Of a stretch of DNA of 31,774 nt, positions 1 through 9,413 are shown piece by piece. The DNA is taken from the IMG/VR virus record IMGVR_UViG_3300036987_000043, positions 1-31,774 of that record, one strand, 5' to 3'. The notes beneath the pieces are model-generated. The model was not told the origin of the DNA. It saw only the letters and a program-made list of their open reading frames with translations, and ran no database searches. Origin of the DNA: a virus (lineage: Duplodnaviria > Caudoviricetes). The position numbers and the translations under genes are program-made. How positions within the stretch are numbered: the first letter of the stretch is position 1; every line of letters starts with the position of its first letter.

Positions 1-288
1 GTCGTCGATTTCACGGTTCTTGTCGAAACATGCTTGGATGTGATCGCTGACGGCTGTTCCGGCTGCGATGATTGTCGCTGCATCCAGCGTGACGTAGACG
101 CCGTCAGAGATTTTCCAGTTCGGAATCGTGTAGTCGGGGTTATCTCTGGCGCGGACATATGCAGCGGTTAGGACCGCGCGCGATTTTTCGTCCGTCTCGA
201 GTCCGACACCATTAAAATCGATGCCGGACGACTCCCTCGCTCGCCTCGCCGTCGCCGCCCACGTCAGCAGCGTGTCTTGATCTGACAC
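1..288 (-). CDS. DUF4376-like tail-fibre-associated protein, 3' end outside window
   Basis: Own translation from GTG at 288, directly after the upstream stop: VSDQDTLLTWAATARRARESSGIDFNGVGLETDEKSRAVL...WKISDGVYVTLDAATIIAAGTAVSDHIQACFDK; TD..S, WK..DG and HIQACF pattern; open to the edge. Confidence 0.7.
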   Translation of the reverse strand, partial: MSDQDTLLTWAATARRARESSGIDFNGVGLETDEKSRAVLTAAYVRARDNPDYTIPNWKISDGVYVTLDAATIIAAGTAVSDHIQACFDKNREIDD

Positions 289-1623
289 TTACGCAGCTTC
301 CTGAACCGTGAAGAGACGGCGCTCCAGCGTTCCGGCATCTACTGTGACGCCGACCTGGATCCCGCTTATAATTGCGATCGTATATGTGTGCGACGATGCA
401 TCTGGAGCGGTCACTTCAAAGAAGTCCTGGATCGACGCCGATGGAGCAAAGCCCGTTATCGGGACGCTCAGTAGAGAATTGATGCGATGAAGATCATGGA
501 CCGGGGTTTGCAGTTTCTTCCACGCAATGGCGTCGACAACAGAATCGCGGAATATCGCGATGACAACAGGTAGCGTTGAACTTCCGGTCGTTGCTCCCTG
601 CGTAAATAGCGCATCAGCCGTGTAGTCGAACCGAAGAACTGCGCCTGTCTTTTTTGCCGCATAAGCGAGCGTGACGGTATCGATCAGACGGCGGCTAGAT
701 GTCGTCGGTGCCGTATTATTGAGATAGGTGTAAATCGATGTTCCGCTTGGCGCAGTTGTCGATCCAGACAGCGTCAGCGGCGCTGACTTGCGGCCAACCC
801 ATGATCCGGCAGCGGAGATCCACGCCGATGTTGCCGAACTCCATCGATAATCCGACCGTAAGGCCTTGTCGAAAACGATGAGACCGTCTTCCGGCGTGTA
901 GAAGACCCATGCCCCGGCGACTTCGCAAATCGCTATTTTCGTGTCTTTGCCTGACCATGCGCCGCCTGCGCCAGCGCCGACGACATATCGCAGCCCTTTA
1001 ACTGCGGTCGGCGGCGTCGTGGTACTTTGGTTTTCGACAATGAGGCGGTTGCCCCAGCCCAGCGAAGCTGAGTATGGAATGCTGTCATCATCGAACGCCT
1101 GTGTGCCGTAGCCATAGACCCAGCCCGTAGCTGAGTAGCGCAGCATCCCATCGACTTCTTCGTCCTGAAGTTGGCGGCCGAGACCCGGAACCTCGAATAC
1201 CCACCCGCGTGGCGTATATGTCGCGATGTCGTCCTGATGCGACGACCATGCGCCGGTTGCCCCGGCCGGGACAAGGTATGAATCCCCAACCGATGGCGAG
1301 ACTGGCGGCGCCGTTGTTGTGAATGACAGCACCGACCGGCGGCGCATGTCGATGTCTTCGACCTTGTAGCAATAATCATCCGACGTCCGGATCACCGTTA
1401 CGCCGTCATGCGGCGTCGTGGTGTCGGCCTCGTCAAGCCAGAAGATCGTGTTGTTCCATGCGATGGCATTCGGGATCGCGCCATTCACCAGAGCGACGAA
1501 CGTTTCAGGATCTTCCGCCAGCGCGAATGTGTACATCGTTCGCCGGACAAGCGCCGGACGTAGAAGGTCCGCATCATAAGTCTTTGTCGCTTCATCGAGC
1601 GCTGTTTTGAAGTCGCTATCCAT
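289..1623 (-). CDS. Tail/receptor-binding protein with two tandem DUF2793-like domains
   Basis: Two copies of the pattern TxPP..P..G..Y.V..GA.GAW.......IA......W.F..P..G; beta-rich C-terminus; located after the tail-tip gene. Confidence 0.75.
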   Translation of the reverse strand: MDSDFKTALDEATKTYDADLLRPALVRRTMYTFALAEDPETFVALVNGAIPNAIAWNNTIFWLDEADTTTPHDGVTVIRTSDDYCYKVEDIDMRRRSVLSFTTTAPPVSPSVGDSYLVPAGATGAWSSHQDDIATYTPRGWVFEVPGLGRQLQDEEVDGMLRYSATGWVYGYGTQAFDDDSIPYSASLGWGNRLIVENQSTTTPPTAVKGLRYVVGAGAGGAWSGKDTKIAICEVAGAWVFYTPEDGLIVFDKALRSDYRWSSATSAWISAAGSWVGRKSAPLTLSGSTTAPSGTSIYTYLNNTAPTTSSRRLIDTVTLAYAAKKTGAVLRFDYTADALFTQGATTGSSTLPVVIAIFRDSVVDAIAWKKLQTPVHDLHRINSLLSVPITGFAPSASIQDFFEVTAPDASSHTYTIAIISGIQVGVTVDAGTLERRLFTVQEAA

Positions 1624-3272
1624 CAGCTCACGACCAATGCGGGCAAGGTGAAGTCTTGCTCATCTGTTGCGGGATTCCAATTTATTGGAATGTTCGGGCC
1701 ACACTCGCGAAGACTGAGCGGCAGGCCGGAGAAGTCGTCGAGAAATCCAGTGCTGACGACGTCGTATAGCGCGTTCATCTCCGTGTAGATTTTTGACCAG
1801 ATGCGGACGCAGGCGCCGGCCTTCAACCCATCAACAATGGCCTTAACCTTGATCGGACCGGTGAAACTACGGCGGAGGCGAGAGGTCTCCAGATACTGTT
1901 TTTCAGTGAACTGGACCGCGCGATGATCGGAATGAAATGGAAGCCGGATTGTTTTGCTGAGAACTTCCCCGTCGGATTCGATCAGGTCGTCGCGCGTGAG
2001 AGTCGGAGCGTCCGTATCTTGGTACTCTCGATCAGCGGCCGAGAACCGGGCGGTCACCTCGTTGATAAGATCGGACTTGGCCCGGTTGTCCTGAAATTCG
2101 AACCCTCCGAGCAGCATATCGTCGTCGATCGTCAGGACCGGCGTGCGTGGCATCGACGGCTGCACCCAGCCTCGGCCACGGTCCTGAACCAGAAAGCCCT
2201 GGTTCGTTGTGAGCATCGATTCCATGACGGTGCGCGGGCTTTGATCGAGCGTCACCACACCGTCAATCGTGCTGCGCGGGCGGCTGGTGCCGTCCTTGTT
2301 GGCGACAGGCTCCTCGTCGAAATCAGCGCTGCGCGCAATCTCATCCCACCGGATGCGGTCTACGGGATAATTTACGCCGCTTGGATGTCCAAGCCAGTCC
2401 GCCTGCACCAGCGATGCGGTGCGGCCAACTTCCTTGCCGTTCACGCGGTATTTCCAAGTCGCCATTGCGGCGGCGACTTCGGCCTCATCCCGCCAGTCTG
2501 ACGGATAGAACTGCGTCGGGTCGCGAGGGTCGTAGATCGGCGCGCCGTCAATATCGATCAGCGGCGACGGGACCGAAACGCCCTGCCCCCACATTTTCTC
2601 GAAGTCCGCCGCGTCATCGCCAAACTTGAACTTGAACACCGCGCGCGCGATGCCGCGCTGGCGGAAACTGCTGTCGAGATTCGGAAAGTCAGCATCAAGG
2701 ATTGGGTCGATCAACTGGCCCGGCGTTCCGGCCCCGAAAGACATAGACAACCGGTTGACCCCGGCCTTCTGATAAATCTGTCCATCTACCGGAAGGGGGA
2801 ATATTTGCGTGTCGAACGCAAACGACGAAAGCTGAATGTCGTTCGTGCTGATGTGCAGGCCGCGGATGCCGCTGATCTGGCGGCCGGAAAGCAAAAGCCC
2901 GAGATAGAGATACGGTGGCTTGCTGTCGTCTACGAAGAAGACCGCGCCACCGGCCCGCACCCGCCCGTAAACCCACCGCTCGATCGGCGCCGACTGCTGA
3001 ATGTTGCCGCGCGTCTCGGGCGAATTGATCCCAGCGGCTGAACCGATACCTGATCCCTGTTTCGGCGCATTGATCGCCTGAATGGCGTAGGATGCACCGA
3101 TGACGAGGCCGGTGACGACAGTACCGATTCCGATGCCGCCAATCGTCAGGCCACCAGCACCAGCCCAGCTTGCCAGCGCAATGACGGTGCCGATGATTTC
3201 TTGTGGTACAGGCTCGGGCTGGCGCCCCGGCCGAATGATCATCGGAGGGCGCGTGCGATAGACGTCAGGCAT
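1623..3272 (-). CDS. Central tail tip / host-specificity (hub, J-like) protein
   Basis: VYGRVRAGG motif, G..IYDPRD motif and IDGVV/FEF segments typical of alphaproteobacterial tail-tip proteins; position after the peptidase-like gene. Confidence 0.75.
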   Translation of the reverse strand: MPDVYRTRPPMIIRPGRQPEPVPQEIIGTVIALASWAGAGGLTIGGIGIGTVVTGLVIGASYAIQAINAPKQGSGIGSAAGINSPETRGNIQQSAPIERWVYGRVRAGGAVFFVDDSKPPYLYLGLLLSGRQISGIRGLHISTNDIQLSSFAFDTQIFPLPVDGQIYQKAGVNRLSMSFGAGTPGQLIDPILDADFPNLDSSFRQRGIARAVFKFKFGDDAADFEKMWGQGVSVPSPLIDIDGAPIYDPRDPTQFYPSDWRDEAEVAAAMATWKYRVNGKEVGRTASLVQADWLGHPSGVNYPVDRIRWDEIARSADFDEEPVANKDGTSRPRSTIDGVVTLDQSPRTVMESMLTTNQGFLVQDRGRGWVQPSMPRTPVLTIDDDMLLGGFEFQDNRAKSDLINEVTARFSAADREYQDTDAPTLTRDDLIESDGEVLSKTIRLPFHSDHRAVQFTEKQYLETSRLRRSFTGPIKVKAIVDGLKAGACVRIWSKIYTEMNALYDVVSTGFLDDFSGLPLSLRECGPNIPINWNPATDEQDFTLPALVVS

Positions 3273-3275
3273 TGT

Positions 3276-3695
3276 TTATCTGACCCGCCAAGCTCTTGCG
3301 ATGTGTTCCGTCGGGAAGGTGTGAAAGCCGTAATTCTTCCGGCCTACCCAAAGTGCGGCATCCTTGATGACGCCGCCGACCGCTCCGCGCGCGTTCTTAA
3401 TGATACCGATGTCACCGATCTTTGCGGACGATGGAGATATTTCACCCCACCCAGCGTCATGGGCCATGGCTTCAAGTGCACCCTCGTAGCCGCCGAACTC
3501 GCGCGTCACCCGCAGCGCGCCGATGCGTGTTGAATACCGCCCCCTGAACGGCATTGCTGGATCGTAGCCGCGCGCCTCCTTGATGATGTCAGCAAGTGAC
3601 AGCAGGCAATCTGCCGTGCCCCAGACGAACTCCTCGGCGCACCAGACCGGCACCGCTGCACGGATGGCTTTCTCAAGCCGCTCCCGTTTCTTCAT
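3276..3695 (-). CDS. DUF6950 / NlpC-P60-like tail-tip assembly protein
   Basis: FVWGTADC motif, G.DPA..FRGRY, GDIG, terminal AWRV. Confidence 0.75.
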   Translation of the reverse strand: MKKRERLEKAIRAAVPVWCAEEFVWGTADCLLSLADIIKEARGYDPAMPFRGRYSTRIGALRVTREFGGYEGALEAMAHDAGWGEISPSSAKIGDIGIIKNARGAVGGVIKDAALWVGRKNYGFHTFPTEHIARAWRVR

Positions 3696-4246
3696 GCCGA
3701 TAGTCGCCAGTTGGTTTGTTTGCTCGCGAACGATGGAATGAGGCTAAGACCAGAGTCTCCAGCGTACTTGGCTATCTGGCTTTCATGGGTCCACGCCTGA
3801 TTGACCGCTCGCTCGATTGTCCAGAAGCCGACGTTGACCGTTATCTTGAGCGTACACGACCCATCGTCACCGACGCTCAGGGTCTGATAGTCCATCAGAT
3901 CATCGATGATCAGATACGGCTCGCCGACGACCTTGTTCCGAGAGATTCCCGCAAGCCACAACTTGATCGACCGGTTCCTGACATCGCCCGTCAGCAGATC
4001 CACGCTATCAAGCGGAACGCCTGCAAGTTCGAACGTGACCTGCTTGACCTCGAGGCCAGTCGTCTTCGTGATCCCGGATACGCGGCCGAGCGCGCCAATG
4101 CCGCGCCACGCCTCGCCTTCCCATTGAAGTGTGCCGACGCGCGACCAGAGCCTGACTTCACCGTCCGGATGATCGATGTAGCAAAGCAACGCGACCTCGC
4201 CACCTTTACGGATATGCTGGCGGAAACGGACGTCGACTACTGCCAC
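3692..4246 (-). CDS. Minor tail / baseplate hub protein (DUF2163-like)
   Basis: RLWS..G.L.WEG..W.G.G.LG motif and C-terminal Q..Y.GD.G; position in the tail operon. Confidence 0.65.
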   Translation of the reverse strand: MAVVDVRFRQHIRKGGEVALLCYIDHPDGEVRLWSRVGTLQWEGEAWRGIGALGRVSGITKTTGLEVKQVTFELAGVPLDSVDLLTGDVRNRSIKLWLAGISRNKVVGEPYLIIDDLMDYQTLSVGDDGSCTLKITVNVGFWTIERAVNQAWTHESQIAKYAGDSGLSLIPSFASKQTNWRLSA

Positions 4247-4971
4247 GGCAACACCTCGGAAAGTGACAGGCCCATATCACCAAGGTTTGCAAGCCCGCGG
4301 GAGATGATGCCTTCCTGATCGCTCGCAAGCCGAAACACGCCGGTCGGGTAGCGCAGCACAACCATATCGCCAGCAGCCACACCCTTGCGAAGCCCCGGCT
4401 CGAAATAGAGCCGCGTCTTTCCGTCGGCGTCGGTGTTCACATTTGCGACGCACTCATAGAGATGGCCGTGGGTTGCCGGGATTCCGTTCGGCCTGACCTC
4501 GAATGGATCGCCCATCCGTAGCGGCTTCGTAAGGCTTGCAGGAAGGCCGCGAACCACGATGCTGGTCGCACCCTCGTCTGCGGCCTCATCGGCTTCGATC
4601 GCCGGCGGAAGGAAGCCGTCTACCCATCCGTGACCATCGGAGAATGGCGTTCCATCGCTCCAGTTTTGTTCTGAGGCGTCGACCTCATATTGATCATAGG
4701 CCGGTTTCATCCGGTGATAATCGACGATCCGGAGAAGGCCTGAGATGCCGCGCAGCCTCGTCACGAACGCCTGCACCTCGCGCCACGACATGCGGTCGCT
4801 CTCGCCGCGCATGGTCGGGAATGTCAGCTTGGCCGTCCATGCCTGTACTTGTGGCCCGTAAGGCGTCATCTGTCCGGTGTACGGCGATCGAGACGACAGG
4901 CTCGATGGCGCCAGGTAGAACTGGCTCTGCGTCGTCGCGCGCCACGGCTTCGGCCAATCCCAGACTGTCAT
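4237..4971 (-). CDS. Distal tail protein (Dit-like)
   Basis: Immediately follows the tape measure gene; SPYTGQ...W.A.LT and L.G motifs; C-terminal EPGLR. Confidence 0.65.
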   Translation of the reverse strand: MTVWDWPKPWRATTQSQFYLAPSSLSSRSPYTGQMTPYGPQVQAWTAKLTFPTMRGESDRMSWREVQAFVTRLRGISGLLRIVDYHRMKPAYDQYEVDASEQNWSDGTPFSDGHGWVDGFLPPAIEADEAADEGATSIVVRGLPASLTKPLRMGDPFEVRPNGIPATHGHLYECVANVNTDADGKTRLYFEPGLRKGVAAGDMVVLRYPTGVFRLASDQEGIISRGLANLGDMGLSLSEVLPWQ

Positions 4972-4974
4972 GGC

Positions 4975-6957
4975 TTACCCGAGGAATCTGGAGTCGTTGG
5001 CGACGCCGCGCCGGATACCGCTGATCGTCCGCTGTTCGGACTGCGCCGTAGCGACCTTGACCATCGAAGTAATCGCGGCCATGTCCGTCGGCGTGACGCC
5101 TGAACTGAAGCTGAGGTTGTTCACCACCGTGACCTGTGGACCACCTGAATTCTTGGACACAGCCGCGTTTGGAATGATCGTTCCGGATTTACCGGGGACG
5201 AACCACTCCGGCCCCTTCTCGCCGACGATGTACGGCGTGCCAGAATTGACATCGCCTCCACCGGCTCGGAAGCCACCGAACAGCGCGCCGAGCAACCCTC
5301 CGGTTTTGCCCGACCCCGCCGGCGCGGCTGTGCCAAGCAGCCCAGCCAGCGGTCCGGTTCCGAGAAGCAAGGACTGTTCAAAAGCGGTGATCAGCGTGTT
5401 CGTCAAATTGCGAAGCGCGTCGGCGGCCGTCAGCGACTTATTGCGGAGACCATCAAGGATTCCGATGGCTTGGTTTCCGCTGAACGAAAGCAATTCGTTC
5501 TGCTGCTGAAGTTTCTGTGTGCGATCGGCTGCGGCTTGGGCCGCGCGCCCCTCGGCTTCGGCAAGCTGCTGGATCTTCTGCTTTTGCTCTTCGGTAAGCT
5601 CGATGCCCGCGCGCTGGGCGGCCGTGGTGAGGTCGGCAACAGCCTTTGCGCGGATCTTGGCCTCGGTATTTAGGCCGACCGCGGCCGTCTCTGCGTCATA
5701 CTGAGCTGTGCGCTTCTGTGCCTGGGCAATCGCCCGATCAAAAGCATCTTCGGTTTGGGTCGTGACGCCAGCCGGCGCTTTGGACACATCGCCTCGCACG
5801 GCGGTCTGCACATCGATTGTCGATTGCGTGGCGGCTCGAACGGCGCCGGGATTCTGCAGCCCAGCACGGAGGGCACGTACAGCCGGTGAATCGCCGGATG
5901 TCGAGTCAAAGCCCGGCTCACCCTTGAACAACAATCCTTCCGGCCGGGAGTTCAGGCCGAGTGAGCCGGAGTATTTCGTAAGTTTATCCCAAAAGTCCGC
6001 AGACCCCGCTTCAGTGAGCCTGTCCCTGATGCCCTTAGTCCAGTCATAGATTTCCTGCGCTTTGGAGACGGCTGACGACATCGTCTCCACAACCTCGATC
6101 CAGCTCTGGTGATAGTTCACACCAAGCTTTGCGAGGTCGTCCTGAATGGGCTTGAACTTCTCGGAGAGAACTTTCTGCGCTTCTTCGAGCCGGTTCTTCA
6201 GATCGATGGCCTGCCCGATCTGCTCATCCGTGACGAGTTTGTTCGCTGATATTTTTGCCGATGTCTCCAGTATCTTGTCGAGATACCCGGCGTCCTGACG
6301 AAGATTATCCGCGACCTTCGACCCGAACGCCTTTTCTGCGATGTCGAGAGCAGCGAGACGCTCGCCTTTCTGCAGCGCCTGATCGATCAGGCTGACAATC
6401 GCCTTGAACTTATCTTCATTGCCGAGCGCAGTCTCAAACCCGCCGACCCCAGAGTTGCCCGAGAAGTTCCCGGCTTTCTGCAGTTCCTGAATTCGCTTCT
6501 CGATATCGCCGCCGCCGAGTTTATCCTTGGCTGTACTAGCAAACCGATTGAGCGCCGCTTCAGCGTCCTCAATATCTATCTTCAGGATTTTGGCAGATTC
6601 CGCATAGCGCTGAAAGAAATCCGTCGATACCCCCGCCTTACCCGCCTTCTCGGCCGTCTCGTTGAATGCTTCGATCTGTTCCTTCGCAAGCTCGGTTGCG
6701 TATCCCATCAACTTGAAGACGCCGACGATCCCTGCAATCGCCAAACTGAGTGGCGCAATAGCACCAAGGATTGCACGGAAGCCCAGAACCGCAGAACCCG
6801 CCGCCCCACCGGTCGCAAGTATCGTTGCGTTCATATCGATGAACTGCTTGACGATGAATTGAGTGACCTGAAGCGTGTGCCCCTTCGCCGTCTCAATGTT
6901 CTTCTGGAACTCCTGCATATTCAGGCCCAGAGGAATGCGTAGGGTCGGTGCGGCCAT
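4975..6957 (-). CDS. Tape measure protein (660 aa)
   Basis: Long Ala/Gln-rich helical protein; C-terminal RAGGGDV....YIVGEKGPEWFVP..SG.IIPN motif; follows the tail chaperone. Confidence 0.92.
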   Translation of the reverse strand: MAAPTLRIPLGLNMQEFQKNIETAKGHTLQVTQFIVKQFIDMNATILATGGAAGSAVLGFRAILGAIAPLSLAIAGIVGVFKLMGYATELAKEQIEAFNETAEKAGKAGVSTDFFQRYAESAKILKIDIEDAEAALNRFASTAKDKLGGGDIEKRIQELQKAGNFSGNSGVGGFETALGNEDKFKAIVSLIDQALQKGERLAALDIAEKAFGSKVADNLRQDAGYLDKILETSAKISANKLVTDEQIGQAIDLKNRLEEAQKVLSEKFKPIQDDLAKLGVNYHQSWIEVVETMSSAVSKAQEIYDWTKGIRDRLTEAGSADFWDKLTKYSGSLGLNSRPEGLLFKGEPGFDSTSGDSPAVRALRAGLQNPGAVRAATQSTIDVQTAVRGDVSKAPAGVTTQTEDAFDRAIAQAQKRTAQYDAETAAVGLNTEAKIRAKAVADLTTAAQRAGIELTEEQKQKIQQLAEAEGRAAQAAADRTQKLQQQNELLSFSGNQAIGILDGLRNKSLTAADALRNLTNTLITAFEQSLLLGTGPLAGLLGTAAPAGSGKTGGLLGALFGGFRAGGGDVNSGTPYIVGEKGPEWFVPGKSGTIIPNAAVSKNSGGPQVTVVNNLSFSSGVTPTDMAAITSMVKVATAQSEQRTISGIRRGVANDSRFLG

Positions 6958-6962
6958 GCTGC

Positions 6963-7208
6963 TTACTTCTTTCCGTGACGCTCGAGCATGTCGTCGAAGT
7001 CGTCGTTGCTCATCGCGTCCGGCCCCTTGTCGCCGCCGTTGATGCGGTTATGGGCATCGATCGACGCAACCAGTTCCCAGAGAGTATGCTGTTCGGTCTC
7101 CCGAACATTCATGCCGAGGGTTCGGCCGATGGCGATGATTTCTGATCGTCGGAGGCGCCCGTCGTCGTGGAAAAGCCGGGAAGGTTCGCCTCCGGCTGAT
7201 TTTTTCCC
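6963..7208 (-). CDS. -1 frameshift extension of the tail assembly chaperone (gpGT-like, T part)
   Basis: Slippery G GGA AAA at 7208-7202; the -1 frame stays open to TAA at 6963: KKSAGGEPSRLFHDDGRLRRSEIIAIGRTLGMNVRETEQHTLWELVASIDAHNRINGGDKGPDAMSNDDFDDMLERHGKK. Confidence 0.85.
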   Translation of the reverse strand, partial: GKKSAGGEPSRLFHDDGRLRRSEIIAIGRTLGMNVRETEQHTLWELVASIDAHNRINGGDKGPDAMSNDDFDDMLERHGKK

Positions 7209-7540
7209 ACCGGGTCATCCTTCGGATTCCCCAGGATGGAAGATTTTACGATCTCATAAGCAAGCAGGACGCAATGCCCGAACCCTTCGTCGCACTCATC
7301 GACGTGGCGCTTGACGACTCTCGATGCCTCTGCCGGCTCCATACCGCCGCCGATCAGACCGAGGCGGATCGTTTCGCGGAAGTCGTTGAACTTCCATGTT
7401 CCGTCGCCCAGGCGCTGGAAGACCGCACCCAGGCCGGAGTTGCAGCGCTCCTCAAGTTCAAGAATAAGCCCGACCCTCGACAGACAAAAAACATCGTCGC
7501 CGTGCACCCATGAAAAGGTTCGCGTCCCGTTCGCGGACAT
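7109..7540 (-). CDS. Tail assembly chaperone (GTA-gp10-like, gpG equivalent)
   Basis: ELEE.C..G, RETIRLGLIGGGM motif; located before the tape measure gene. Confidence 0.85.
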   Translation of the reverse strand: MSANGTRTFSWVHGDDVFCLSRVGLILELEERCNSGLGAVFQRLGDGTWKFNDFRETIRLGLIGGGMEPAEASRVVKRHVDECDEGFGHCVLLAYEIVKSSILGNPKDDPVGKNQPEANLPGFSTTTGASDDQKSSPSAEPSA

Positions 7541-7548
7541 TCAAACTC

Positions 7549-8010
7549 CTATGCTTTGGAAATCGCATCAGCGACAGCGTCTTCCATTGCCTGCTGGATC
7601 TCTGGCTGTCGCGCGCGGAATGTATTGTAGAAGAACGGCTGTGCCGGTTCATTCACGGTGCCGTATTCATTCGCAAGTGCGTAATCGAAGCTTACACCCG
7701 CGCCGTCTTTAGCCTTAGCGATGCCAGCAGTGTCGCCTGACCCGATAGCAACCTCTCGTTCGTAACCGGTGTTGCGACCGTATGTCTTGGTCGTGGCGTC
7801 GCCGCCGGCGGTCACAACGAAGTTGAGCGTATCGCGCTGGCGGCGAACCTTCACAGATTCGGCAAGCGCCCCGGTTCGCCGTGGGGCCGCGGCCTTGATG
7901 TCTACCGCTAGGCTGTCGGCCTGCTCTTTGATCTTCCCCGCAAGCTCTTTTTTTACCTTGTAGGGAAGACTGTCGAACCAACCTTGAACCTCGTCGTCCG
8001 GGTTTGCCAT
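7549..8010 (-). CDS. HK97 gp10-like tail completion protein
   Basis: APRRTGAL..S, YA...EYGT...PAQPFF motifs. Confidence 0.85.
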   Translation of the reverse strand: MANPDDEVQGWFDSLPYKVKKELAGKIKEQADSLAVDIKAAAPRRTGALAESVKVRRQRDTLNFVVTAGGDATTKTYGRNTGYEREVAIGSGDTAGIAKAKDGAGVSFDYALANEYGTVNEPAQPFFYNTFRARQPEIQQAMEDAVADAISKA

Positions 8011-8016
8011 CTGGGC

Positions 8017-8454
8017 TTAGGTCGCATCAACCCAAGCAAACGCGCCGTCGTTCTTGATCGTTACGTCGACCAGAACCTTGTTGCCGCGCGTGCCTGAGAG
8101 TTTCAGTGAAACCAATTTGAAGATTCCGGCGTAGTGCCCAAGCGCAGCGTTATCAAGCTTGATCTGTACGTTCTTGCCTTGGGCAGAAAACCACCAATCA
8201 TTCCACGTTGCGAACGACTCGACTGCCATGACCCCATTACCAGATGCGGAGCCAGAAAGGGCATTAATGTCAGTGCTTTCGAAAGCTGGAGCCTCGGGAT
8301 CGGAACAGTCGGGGACCAGGGTCGTGTTCGTCGACGCCGTCATATCGAATGACTTGGTCGTCAAGCCGCACGGCTCACCGAATATCTCAGGACTCGCGCC
8401 GTCGCCGACGAGGATCAGAAGTTTAGTGCCGGGGAGAACGGTTGGTTGTGCCAT
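8017..8454 (-). CDS. Major tail tube protein
   Basis: G..LLILVGDGASPE.F..PCGLT motif and S.SG.GV; SD AAAGGG upstream. Confidence 0.88.
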   Translation of the reverse strand: MAQPTVLPGTKLLILVGDGASPEIFGEPCGLTTKSFDMTASTNTTLVPDCSDPEAPAFESTDINALSGSASGNGVMAVESFATWNDWWFSAQGKNVQIKLDNAALGHYAGIFKLVSLKLSGTRGNKVLVDVTIKNDGAFAWVDAT

Positions 8455-8521
8455 TGTATTTCCCTTTCATAGAGAAGCGCTCCGCTACTTCGCGGATGTG
8501 GAAGAGCGCCAATGGCGCTGG

Positions 8522-8917
8522 TTAAACTGGCTGGATTAGAGAGCGGAAGGTGATGGCCGCATGCCTTGTCTGGCCATCAGGATCTCTTAGGTACTGCGTC
8601 GATAGATGCTCAAACACAATTACGTTGTGACCTGAAACCACGATCGGCTGATCATCGAGTTTTTCGAGAACGGCCTTCGCTATGGTCTTCGTTTCTGGAT
8701 ACCCTACCGCCCGCGACCATACATCGACCTGCAGAAACATTTCCGCGCCGTCGATGCACCCGGCCTTATCAGGGAGGACTTGGCAATCGCCGAGCGTGAT
8801 GTACGGGAACACGACGCCAGATGGCGCGGCGTCGTAGACCCTTCCAGAGACGACTGCTGGCGTCGCTTTCAGCGCTGCGACAACAGTCGCCTGCACCTCA
8901 AGGCTAGGATCGCTCAT
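8522..8917 (-). CDS. Tail terminator (DUF3168)
   Basis: GRVYD..P....FPY..LG, QVDVWSR, RDPDG.T.H motifs. Confidence 0.9.
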   Translation of the reverse strand: MSDPSLEVQATVVAALKATPAVVSGRVYDAAPSGVVFPYITLGDCQVLPDKAGCIDGAEMFLQVDVWSRAVGYPETKTIAKAVLEKLDDQPIVVSGHNVIVFEHLSTQYLRDPDGQTRHAAITFRSLIQPV

Positions 8918-9075
8918 TCATCAACCTTCCGGACAATCTTGCCCGCACCAGCATCAACGATTGCGCGGACCTGCGCTTCCGGAACGCGATGATAGGTTTC
9001 CCCGCCCTTGTATTGGATGATGACTTTCGCTGAGACGCGGAAGCCGTAATCCCTGACGACCTCGACCGACTTCAC
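8914..9075 (-). CDS. Small virion-module hypothetical protein (53 aa)
   Basis: GTG at 9075 overlaps the upstream stop (GTGA); its stop overlaps the DUF3168 start (ATGA). Confidence 0.6.
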   Translation of the reverse strand: MKSVEVVRDYGFRVSAKVIIQYKGGETYHRVPEAQVRAIVDAGAGKIVRKVDE

Positions 9076-9413
9076 GCCGCAGCACCGGTCTGCGTAAGGA
9101 TTTCCAGCCATTGCCGCCGATCATCTGGATCGACGATAGAGCGGATCGCATATTCCGTTCCGCTCCGGGTGTCCCGCGCGCGCCAGTCCTCGGCGATCTG
9201 GCGGGTCTGTTCGCTCTGCCGCACAACGATGGTGACGGGCTGCTGGCCTGTGAGGCGAGCAGCGGTCACACTTTCACCACCGAACTTCGCCTGCACTTTT
9301 GCGGATATGACAAACTGCTCGACGAACTCGGATTGCGTGTTGCCGTATTCGTCCTCGACGTCTTCACGTCGATCAAACGCAACCCGGTGACGAAGATCAC
9401 CAGCAGACGTCAC
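9072..9413 (-). CDS. Head-tail adaptor / head closure protein (SPP1 gp16-like)
   Basis: AGDLRHRV.F, DEYGN, GGESV.A.RL.G.QP motifs; GTG at 9413 overlaps the upstream TGA. Confidence 0.85.
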   Translation of the reverse strand: MTSAGDLRHRVAFDRREDVEDEYGNTQSEFVEQFVISAKVQAKFGGESVTAARLTGQQPVTIVVRQSEQTRQIAEDWRARDTRSGTEYAIRSIVDPDDRRQWLEILTQTGAAA

